A DNA stretch of 62,414 nucleotides, filler included, from Basidiobolus meristosporus CBS 931.73 (Eukaryota > Fungi > Basidiobolomycota), in assembly GCA_002104905.1 (NCBI GenBank). It is 3 parts of 3 records of this genome, joined end to end, with 100 filler letters (N's around TTAATTAATTAA, not from the genome) between each part and the next. Parts side by side here need not be neighbours in the genome. Positions count along the whole stretch, not along the records: positions 1 to 16,762 come from MCFE01001112.1; 2 more parts are not named here. The stretch is one strand, 5' to 3'. Shown here in pieces: positions 1 through 10,100 of the stretch (positions within the stretch are counted from its first letter, which is position 1; the number at the start of each line of letters is the position of its first letter). The notes beneath the pieces were generated by a model that did no database searches, had not been told where the DNA came from, and saw only the letters and a list, made by a program, of their open reading frames with translations. The translations under genes were made by a program, and so were the position numbers.

Positions 1-318
1 TCGGCGGTGGCTTCGTAAGCCTATTGCCAGTGGTAACCGCACAAATCACGGGTAGGTATCTTTCTATGAACGTGTCTGGAATAGGCGCTAACAAATCTGC
101 CAGGTGTCCAAAAGCTCGGAAATGCATTGGGCCTGGTATTTGCTACTACAATAGTTAGTAATCTGGTGGGAACACCAATTGCGACCGCCTTGAAGGGTAC
201 CGCCGGTAGTGGTAATATGGAGTATATTCCCCCAATACTATTCTCTGGGTTTGTCACCCTTGCTGCTGCTTGCAGTCTGCTGACTCTTCACCTGATGAAG
301 AAACCCCAGAGTCCCTGA
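1..318 (+). CDS. 3' end of an MFS transporter, monocarboxylate-transporter (MCT/Mch)-like; 5' part outside the window
   Basis: Frame 3 reads GGGFVSLLPVVTAQITG. Intron 52-103 (GTAGGT...GCTAAC...CAG) joins it in frame to VQKLGNALGLVFATTIVSNLVGTPIATAL...PPILFSGFVTLAAACSLL, the typical C-terminal TM helices of MCT-family MFS proteins. Confidence 0.75.
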
Positions 319-1692
319 ACCCCTGCACTTTTTACGAGTTTTTCTGTACTATCAATGTCGCCAATAATAATATAATGAACAAATTATAGGTGAATAAATT
401 CCATACTGCTATCAATAGAGAGGAGGTCTAGACATTGCGACAGTACAATTATCTACTTTTTGTATCACTAGGTATATACGCACATGCCCGCCAAAAGAGA
501 GGCCATATGTGATAACGGCTGTCTGATGGTTCCAAACATTGATTTAGGCAATTCTCTTATCTAGGTCGCACCTTACAAAAACATGAACACAGATCGCATG
601 AGTGGACGAAGAAATATCCAAAGTTTTTGTGGAAGTAGAAACCAGTTGTTGATGGATGAAGGTGAGCATTTCATGTTGCATCACTGACGAGGAATGCCAA
701 CCAGAGCGGATGATTTTTCAAGTAATGGTCACACTACAATGGCTACAAACAATCGAATCCCAGTGCGATCATCAGAAAGCCTCCATAAATAGAATCCAAA
801 TATTAGTGTTAGTTCTCACCTCTCCTGACAAACATCTTCACAGTTCGATAAGGATAATTGGCTCTGCTCATTGATTTTTCCTATTTAAGCTATATAGTTT
901 GAAGCTTGAGGGTGATATGGTGGTATCTCGTCAAAAGTGTGTTTTGTAATATATTATACAATACTTCTCATAGAGCTTTGCGTGTTGTAAATGGCCATGG
1001 GGTTGGTTCCACTCTTGATTGTTGCTTATATTTTTAAGAGACCTTTGAAATAACAATGTGGAGGTGTTTTGGGGAAGATTCCAGGAAGCTGTGTGGGATG
1101 TTTTTAGGCATTTCGCCAAGCTCAACAATTTTAGTGACTTCAGTGGCTTCTCAATTTGAGCAGTTAGTCAGATCTTTCAAGCCAGGTGTTAGTCAGCAAT
1201 ACATATTCTTAACAAGACAGTTGAAACATTCTTATAAGCCCACTGAAAATGGCAGTGGGAGCCTTAAAGTGACTTGGAGTCTATGACAGAGAGTGTGGTT
1301 TCCACTTGATGTTTTAAAGGTGAAGTATCATACATAAGCTATCAAGTGATGGCAAAAATTACTTGGATGTATCAGAATATTACACTTGAAACTCGGGACC
1401 TATTGAGTGTGACTGAGAGTTGTTGGTAACTTCTGATTATTCCACATTTTCAAAGAATCAGTGAGTATTGTTCATCATGTTACATTTCCTTGCTTTGTTA
1501 ATGTCCTGGAAATCAGTTCAGTACAAGTTTACCTACTAATTTAAAGTTGCAAGTGCACTGAAAGGTTAAGTCTTATGAGTTATCCAAACATCTGTGAGAT
1601 CCCATAGCGTAACTGTAAATTTATAACATGTATGCCCTCTTCCCTATTGGGACCTTTGAGGTGAGAATTTTGTTTGATTCGTCTATAATTCT

Positions 1693-2040
1693 TGTTGTAA
1701 ATTTTGTGATTACACCTAAATATTCACCTAACCGAGTCACCTGGATCACAGTCTACAAATCTTGGTGAATTCTGACCAAATTCCCTGTTGGGACTTACTT
1801 GAAATATTTCCACCAAAGCATCAGGAACCCAGTACATGAAGTATCTCCAAGTTACCCAAATAGCCCCAAAATTTGCACACATGGTCTTATAATCTTCCTA
1901 AGCATACTCTGCGCGTTTGTTTTGCCAAGACAATGTAAGAGGACAAATACCACTTTTACATTCAATAAATCATTATGTGAAAACCAAAAAATCTACTTGT
2001 TGTCCCGATCACTTGCAATATCACTAAAACTTTTACAGCA
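1693..2040 (+). mobile_element. Degenerate Copia-family LTR
   Basis: Starts TGTTGTAAA, ends TTACAGCA. Shares ACCTAAATATTCACCTAA, CCCCAAAATTTGCACACAT and TTCAATAAATCA blocks with the LTR at 58965-59312. No clean TSD. Confidence 0.75.
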
Positions 2041-2056
2041 ATGTTCACGTTGTAGG

Positions 2057-2405
2057 TGTTGCAATATTCTGAGGAGTATTGGAAGTGATGTGGAGAACTA
2101 GAGGATTTACATTTTATTCACTTGTAGATTTATTGATCAAAAGTATGGTATTTATACTTCTGATAAAGTAGAGCAAACAAACGTGTAGAGTTTGTTAAAA
2201 AAGGTGCCAAGAATATGTGTGCAAAGTTTGGGGGCTTTTGGACAACTTTAAGAAAGATCATAATCAGGGTACCTGATAATTTGGTGAAAATATTCCAAGT
2301 ATATTCCGACAAGAAATTTGGTCAGGACAGAATGCTAATCAAAGAATAAGATCTGTGTGACTAAGTTAGCATGAATATTTTGGTGACAACTTAATAATTA
2401 CAACA
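2057..2405 (-). mobile_element. Copia-family solo LTR (second subfamily) with perfect 5-bp TSD
   Basis: TGTTGC...ACAACA termini flanked on both sides by GTAGG (2052-2056 and 2406-2410). A close relative occurs at 40682-41026. Confidence 0.85.
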
Positions 2406-3006
2406 GTAGGAGCTTTAAAGAGTTGGCAGTCACTACAAGAACTTCGAAAATATGTGACTTTTACTGAATAAATGATTGAATGTAAGCAAAGCTCTCATCA
2501 AGTATGCAGAAAACATACAAGATCATAGACTGTAGCTTAAATGACTAGGCTAATAGTATTCAACTTGAGATATTACTTCTAAACAACTCTAGGTTGTGCT
2601 GGAAACTCATCATGAGTACAACCATAGACTTGTTGCAAGACTCTGAGGCATATTATAAGTGATTTGTGGAACTTGAAGAGTTGCACTAAATTTACTTGCT
2701 GTTTATTGAGTTCAAGTGAGGTGTCCGTATTGTTGGAGTAGCCTCACTGGTAATTTTGCACAGATACCCTTATTAAAGCTCCAAAGGATGGTGTGCCAAG
2801 GTTGAGAAAATATGATAGCTGTCATGTACTTACTGATTCTAGTGAGTAGTGAAAGTGACCTTGAGAGTTAGAAGAACAGTGTGCTATCTTTTGCTGTTTT
2901 ATTGAGCTCAGGTACACAATATAAACTAGGAAAGCTTTGGGAGATTATTGATAGGAATGCATTAAAGAAGGTTCCAGGAGGTTGCGTACAAAGCTTGGGC
3001 CTTTTT

Positions 3007-3200
3007 TGCTGAGAGTGTCTTGAAGATATCAGAAGTGAATGAGAGAATACATAGATTATGTAGTTTTCACTTTATGGTTGGTGGAATGTAAGTGCAGTAT
3101 TTATACTTTTACATTGTCTTGGCAAGACAAACACATAAAATGTGATTCGGAAGGTTCCAAGAGCATGTATGCAAAGTTTGGGGCTGTTTGGTCAACTTAA
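3007..3200 (-). mobile_element. Truncated Copia LTR remnant
   Basis: Reverse-complement similarity to the 3' half of the 58965-59312 LTR (GCAAAGTTTGGGGCTGTTTGG, GTATTTATACTTTTAC). Confidence 0.65.
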
Positions 3201-4070
3201 CATCCAAAGGTTGCACCTCAAGTCAATCCGTTCTATTTCACTACAATTTCAGTCAACTGGGAACCCCAAGAAATGACCGTTTAGTAGGTAGCATGCTTTT
3301 ACTTTATCAATAATACTGTACTGTGGAACATAGTTGATGGAATTTACATTTAAGCAAGTGTATGACCTTGAAATTGAAACAGTATCAGATTTCCTTGTGA
3401 ATTAGCTATACCAGAATTACCGCTCGCAACAACAACAACAATAGCGAGTGCTGCAATCATAATTTTTGAATCCAGATGTACTGTGGAATTGTAATTCCGT
3501 GAGATTAACCGCAAGTTCACTGTAAAATATAATTCCCTACTTAGCGCTAGAGCGGCACTAGTGAAAACCTAAACAATACTGCTGTCAATAAGCCTACTCA
3601 AGGGGGAGCTGGCTGGTAAAACTTGTCGAATTATATTGTTGTGTGTAGGCAGGAATAAGAATAAGAGTCGATACTTATCAATTCAACCCCAGCTCTATGG
3701 GAGAGAAACGAGCAACATCTACAGAGAATTGACTCCGCGCACTCTTATGTGCAAATTGCTTTCCTTGCCCTACCACTGTACCTGTGCGAATGTTGAATTT
3801 AACTATATATATCTGGCTGACGCTATAGAGTAAGTCTAACCGATGATATAGCACGTTTGGGTTTGAATCCTTCACAGTCCATATGAGAAACCAGTTGGAG
3901 CTCACGTTAGACGCTATGCTATACTACGATCCTTGCCTAATTAATTCAAATTTAGTTACACTCTATCGCAAACACCTGAGAAAATCATATTTGCTAGAGA
4001 AGGCTAAGTGCTATAAAAGGTATCGATTCAGAGTCGATGATGAGCATTATACCAGCGGTCTCAACACATC

Positions 4071-4937
4071 ATGAAAGTACTAGCTTGCTTAGCCTCACTG
4101 TGTATCTTAAGCTCCGTGTCAGGCCACATGGAGATTCAGTCACCGGCCCCTCGTAAATCTACCTTCAGCAAGTACTATCAGTCAATTAGGGATATTGACT
4201 ATGATATGAATGGTCCGCTAGGCGTATTCCCTTGTAAGGGATATAAACCAGGGCATGTTGAATACACCTACAACGCTGGTGATACTGTGCAAGTCCAGTT
4301 TGCTCCCGGAAATACCCATGATGGTGGGCATTGTCAATTTGCCCTCTCTTATGATAATGATCAGACATTTGTTGTGTTAAAGACAGTCGTTCGCGACTGC
4401 TTCAAGAATGGTCTCACTTTTGACGTACCAATCCCTGCCACTGCTCCTCCTAGTAAACGGGCCACCCTAGCATGGACATGGGTTAATGCCGAAGGTAATA
4501 GGGAATACTACATGAACTGCGTTGATATTACAATTAATGGTGGAGTTCCTGGTGGAAAGGTGACTGGTCCGAAGCTCATGGTAGCAAACCTTCCTGGCTA
4601 TCCCACCATTCCTGAATTTGCTCTTGGTAAAGGTGATGGCCACCAGTTGCTTGACAATCGCCCTATTATTACAGTTGGTGCTACAGATAGCGGATCAACC
4701 CCAGAGCCTACCACCACTTCTACAACTAAGCCTTCTGCAACAACTTCAGCCACACCAACCGCCACCAATAATCCGGGCAGCGGCTTATGTACTGGTGTAG
4801 CAGCATGGACGGCCAATTCAGCATATAGTGCTGATCAAAAAACCACGTATAACGGTCATCTTTGGCAAGCCAAATGGTGGACCCAGAATGAAACTCCAGG
4901 CAAGCAAGGAGTCTGGACCGACTTGGGAGTCTGTTAA
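4071..4937 (+). CDS. Secreted AA11-type lytic polysaccharide monooxygenase with Thr/Pro linker and C-terminal CBM5/12 (ChtBD3) chitin-binding module
   Basis: Signal peptide MKVLACLASLCILSSVSG is followed directly by His1 (HMEIQSPAP). THDGGHCQFALSYD supplies the second brace His; WTWVNAEGNREYYMNC supplies the axial Tyr of the AA11 motif. The C-terminal AWTANSAYSADQKTTYNGHLWQAKWWTQNETPG matches the CBM5/12 aromatic pattern. Intronless. Confidence 0.85.
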   Translation: MKVLACLASLCILSSVSGHMEIQSPAPRKSTFSKYYQSIRDIDYDMNGPLGVFPCKGYKPGHVEYTYNAGDTVQVQFAPGNTHDGGHCQFALSYDNDQTFVVLKTVVRDCFKNGLTFDVPIPATAPPSKRATLAWTWVNAEGNREYYMNCVDITINGGVPGGKVTGPKLMVANLPGYPTIPEFALGKGDGHQLLDNRPIITVGATDSGSTPEPTTTSTTKPSATTSATPTATNNPGSGLCTGVAAWTANSAYSADQKTTYNGHLWQAKWWTQNETPGKQGVWTDLGVC

Positions 4938-5183
4938 ACTTGATAAAAGAGACAAAGTGAACCAACAGTATTCTCTCGAATAAAGCGATACTTCAAAAAT
5001 ACGTATGCGAAGTTGGGATATATTGTGTAACCATACATATATATACCACTAGTAAGGAAAATCATGTTGCACAAAAGTTTACGAATCGTTGAACACTTGA
5101 CTAGACAACCCCCATTGCATATGCATTACTGATTGGTAAATATAGGATCTAATGCTGTCTTACTACAAACAACAGCGGGGATT

Positions 5184-6639
5184 TTATTCAGACCATACTT
5201 TGACGTAGTCAATTGCGAGTGCTCTGTACTCATCATCTGGCCACGTCTTAAGCCACTCATCTTTAGCAAGCCAGAACTCCTTTGCTGCTACAGGAGACTG
5301 GTTTGACCAAGGTTTGGTTGGGTGCTCGGGGAAATAGCCATTTACTCCACCAACAGCGACATTGAAGATAAGATAGAATTCTTGATCGAATGGCGCATCA
5401 TTTCCTCTACCCTCCCAGGGATTGTTGAAATCCGAAGGGAAATTGCCACGTTGCCAGAAAGATTCCTTGATGGGAACTTCCAGAACCTGGTTATTGTCCA
5501 CACTGGTTTTGATGGAAGTAGAATCCCATTCTAGAGTAAATATGTGGAAATCCTGACTGAAATCAGCATCGCCTGGTAATGTGTACTTTGCGGTCGTCTT
5601 CAAGTATTGGTTGTAGACGCTCGAAGGTCCTGAAAATCATTAGCCATTGTTGATTTACACGCATGCAGTCTTTAAACGTACCCCAGTGTAATGTTGATGA
5701 AATCGTATTTAAGCCATCAGGGTAACCACCCGCGTTTCCACGTGACTCGACAATATCAATTTCACCTGATGCTGGCCAAGGCCCGTATTGTTCATATTTG
5801 GGCAGCATCCAAATGGCCTGCGGAGATCAGCATTAATGACGTATCCATTTCTGGCAAATTCAAATTCAAACCTACTGGCCTAAACAAAAATGTCAGCATA
5901 GATTGAGGTACGAGATGATGATATAACCCAATACCAAATCCAATCACCACGTGGCAATCTAGCGCGAATCTCGACCTTCCCATATTTCAAATTCATGGAA
6001 TTGTACGAGCGAACAAGTGCGGATTGTATGGGATTGAGTATACTGTTTCCATTACTTGAGCGCTTGCACCCGTAGAAGGCATTTCCTAAGTAACACTGTC
6101 AAACCAAATCCCCACCGACGTTGCTAGCATGATGGAAACGTACCAGTACAAGCATTAGCAGGATCAGAGCCCCTTCAATAACAATCGATTAGGATATCGT
6201 AATAGTCATGATTAAACAACGTTTTTACCATAGATCAATAGTACCGCCGTTCATTACAGCAGCCTCGCCGATTCTGTCAGCTGTCAAAGTAGGCTTGATA
6301 TAGAGAACACCATCTTCAACATACGAGTTGCTACGATTGTTGTAATAATACTCGAACTCCCAGTTCCTGAGCAATATCCATTTAGTGGGATTTCTTGACA
6401 AGATTCTGGTGAAACCTACCCGCCACCGCTCAAGGTAATATCGTGCTAATAAAAGAATTAGTTACAAAGCAGCAAACTATCAATCAAAACTAACGTACCC
6501 TCCAGACACTCACATCAAAAGTGTCAAAATCATCCTGGAAGACTAATTGCCGGGCGGCTATTACTTGCGCAAAAGCTAACAGCAGTAAAAAAGCCAAAAA
6601 CCCTGCTGGGCGAAGAAGCACAGGGGATCGTGGAAACAT
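5184..6639 (-). CDS. Secreted GH16 endo-beta-1,3-glucanase (CCF/beta-glucan-recognition-protein-like subgroup), catalytic domain only; 8 exons
   Basis: Spliced by eye: MFPRSPVLL...LLLLAFAQVIAA (signal), LVFQDDFD, HDITLSGGGNWEFEYY, KYGKVEIRARLPRGDWIWPAIWMLP, WPASGEIDIVESRGN (intact ExDxxE), DFHIFTLEW, PFDQEFYLIFNVAVGG, IDYVKVW*. Seven GT-AG introns. Confidence 0.92.
5876..5879 (-). other. 4-nt micro-exon (GCCA) of the minus-strand GH16 gene
   Basis: Flanked by TTTAG acceptor and GTAGGT donor on the minus strand; needed to give W-I-W-P-A-I-W in frame. Confidence 0.8.
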
Positions 6640-7163
6640 GTCTGTGTGGCAACAAATTGACCTTTATTAATCTTTATATAAAAGCTCGCTGAAAAAAGAA
6701 ATTCAAGGGCCTCTAGAGTTGGAAGATACCGTGTGTGACCCTGTCAATTGAAAAAGGAATATCTTCCACTTGTCTCGAATGCCGATGCCTCTCAAGCATG
6801 GCACCCAATCACCAGCGTAACAATTTGTAGCCACGATCGATTAAAAGGCTTGAGCAATCTATTATGGCAAAAGCGTAGGGTATGGATCGAGTATGGATCA
6901 TCGTTATCACCAACCTTCTCCTGCGATTGTCATTGCCGTGAAGCTTTTTGCACGCTTTTGGTAATCCGTGATATATATGTCATAGATACAGATTTGCTTC
7001 AGGCGTGGAGCGTCCAATTTTGTATTTATCATATATGCATTGAACATCTAATTTTGTATTTATCAAGATACCCGTAACCATTTTTTTTACTCCTCGATCT
7101 GTGCGCTGTAGATCGGCGTATATAAGGATTGACTTTACTCTGTGGTTGATTCTTGAGTGAAGA
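6640..7163. promoter_or_regulatory. Bidirectional promoter shared by the two GH16 paralogs
   Basis: 524 bp between divergent ATGs. TATA-like TTTATATAAA at ~6673-6682 (~40 nt from ATG 6639) and TATATAA at 7119-7125 (~45 nt from ATG 7164). Confidence 0.6.
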
Positions 7164-10100
7164 ATGCGTGTCAGTTGGTTCCAGAACTACAGAGCCGCGC
7201 TGATTGCTGCCTCTCTGTCTGCGTTGCACGCAGAGGCTTCCTACAAACTGGTATTTGAAGATAACTTCAATACATTCGACTTGAGCCGATGGAAGGTGAA
7301 TATTGTGCTGTTTACGCGTATTTAAAGTATCAAGCTAACGTTTTTCTGAAGCACGATATCACCTTGAGCGGTGGAAGGTAGTTCTACACTTGTCATTGCT
7401 CTATTGCATGTTGATTCACCAGGTGTTACCTAGCAATTGGGAGTTTGAGTACTATTACAACAACCGCTCTAACTCGTACGTGAAGGATGGAGTCCTCTAC
7501 ATCAAGCCCACTTTTACTGCCGACAGAATTGGTGAAGCTGCAGTCATGGATGGTGGGGAAATCGATCTTTGGTAAGTTCACATCGAAATGTTAGCCGCCT
7601 TTTTTCTGAATACTGACCTCATCTCACAGGGGCACGGTGCCTGCCGATGTTTGTACGGGTAAATACTTATCAGATATACCTTAAAGTGGCTAGGCTCTAA
7701 CTGTAACCCAAAAAGGAAACGAGGACTATGGGTGTCTGCGCGCGAGTAACGGGCAGAATATTCTAAACCCAATTCAGTCTGCGCTTGTTCGTTCATATGA
7801 GTCTATCAATGTACAATACGGTAAAGTCGAGATTCGAGCCAGATTGCCGCGTGGTGATTGGATATGGTACTCAAATGTCATAGCCGAATTTCTGGAAGTG
7901 TTTTACTAATGCTTTTGATTTCAGGCCGGTAAAGTGAAATGTTGTTGAACACTGCGAATGTAGCATTTATTAACTCCAGAATAGGCCATCTGGATGTTAC
8001 CCAAGTCCGAGCAATATGGTCCTTGGCCCGCTTCTGGTGAAATCGATATTGTTGAATCCCGTGGAAACCTGGGTAATTACCCAAATGGGCTAAACACAAT
8101 GTCATCGACGTTGCACTGGGGTATCTGTTTTACTATACGCATAACTGCATACCGCATAGAGCTAATCTTTAAAAATACGAATTGTAAGGCCCTTCTTATC
8201 AATACGATAGATATCAGAAGACCACTGCATCCTATAGGTTACCGGGAAATGCTGATTTTAGTCAGGACTTCCATATTTTTACTCTCGAGTGGAATAGTAA
8301 CACCATCAAAACAAGTGTGGATAACACAACCGTCTTGGAAGTCGCGTTTGACGAGCCCTTATGGGAAAAAGGCGATTTTCCAGAAGGATTAAACAATCCT
8401 TGGGCCTCAGGGGGTAAAAATGCTCCATTTGACAAAGAGTTTTATCTTATATTTAATGTTGCTGTTGGTGGAGTAAATGGATACTTCCCAGACCACCCTG
8501 ACAAGCCATGGTCAAATACTTCCCCAACAGCACCTGAGGAGTTTTGGGAAAGAAGGAATGAGTGGATGGGAACTTGGCCGGACAACGAATACAGAGCGAT
8601 GGCTATAGACTACGTCAAAGTTTGGTCAGATACAGCTGATCAAACCGACAAGAGCACGGCAACAAGTCAGCATAAAACCAAGTCAACAGAATCTGCGCAA
8701 AGCAAAGGCAACAAGGCCAAGAGTGCACACTTAACAACAACAAAGCCCCCTTCCAGTGAGCACAACACCATAAAGAGCTCTCACCCGGCTAAGTCAACCG
8801 AGTCTCACTCAAGCAAGCATACTACTGTGAAGAGCGAACACTCAGTCAACCCAACAGAGTCTCACTCGAGCGAGCACACTACTAAGAAGAGCGAACACCC
8901 GGTTAAGCCAACTGAGTCTCACTCCAGTGAGCACACTACTGCGAAGAGCGAACACTCAGCCAAGCCAACTAAGTCTCACTCAGTCGAGCACACCACTGTC
9001 AAAAGTGAACACTCGGTCAAGCCAACAGAGTCTCACTCGAGCGAGCACACTACTAAGAAGAGCGAACACTCGGTCAAGCCAACCAAGTCACATTCCAGCG
9101 AGCACACCACCATGAAGAGCGAACACCCGGTGAAGCCAATTAAATCTCACTCAAGCAAGCACACTACCGAGAAGAGCGAACACTCGGTCAAGCCAACTGA
9201 GTCTCACTCAAGCAAGCACACCACCATGAAGAGCGAGCACTCGGTCAAGCCAACTGAGTCTCACTCCACCAAGCACACTACTGAGAAGAGTGAACACTCA
9301 GTCAAGCCAGCTGAGTCTCACTTGAGCGTGCACACTACTGAGAAGAGTGAAAACTCGGTCAAGCCAACTGAGTCTCATTCCAGTGAACACACTACTGCGA
9401 AGAGCGAACACTCAGTCAAGTCAACTGAGTCTCACTACAGCAAGCACACTACCGAGAAGAGTGACAACTCAGTCAAGCCAACTGAGTCTCATTCCACTGA
9501 GCACACTACTGCGAAGAGTGAACACTCGGTCAAGCCAACTGAGTCTCATCCCAGCAAGCACACTTCTGCGAAGAGTGGCCACTCGGTCAAGCCCACTGAG
9601 TCTCACTCCAGCGAGCACACAAGCATCAAGAGCGAACACTCGGTGAAGCCAACTGAATCTCACTCAAGCAAGCACACTACTGAGAAGAGTGAACACTCAG
9701 TCAAGTCAACTGAGTCTCACTCGAGCGAGCACACTACCGTGAAGAATGAAAACTCGGTTAAGCCAACTGAGTCTCATTCCAGTGAACACACTACTGCGAA
9801 GAGCGAACACTCCTACAAGCACACTACCGAGAAGAGTAACCACTCAGTCAAGCCCACTGAGTCTCATTCCAGTGAACAAACTAGTGAGAAGAGCGAACGC
9901 TCGGTCAAGACAACTGAGTCTCACGCAACCGAACACACTACCCAGAAGAGTGAACACTCGGTCAAGCCAACCAAGTCTCATTCCAGTGAGCACTCGGTCA
10001 AGACAACTGAGTCTCACTCGAGCGAGCACACCACCATGAAGAGCGAACACTCGGCCAAGCCAACTGAGTCTCACTCAAGCGAGCACACCACCATGAAGAG

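Noticed and set aside
3421-3450. Small hairpin CGCTCGC-(AAC)n-GCGAGTG
   Set aside because: A 7-bp stem around a microsatellite is expected by chance; no supporting context.
3815-3881. tRNA-like segment (GGCTG...GGTTTGAATCC...CAGTCCA)
   Set aside because: The T-loop lacks the invariant TTCG, and D and anticodon arms do not fold convincingly; at best a decayed relic.
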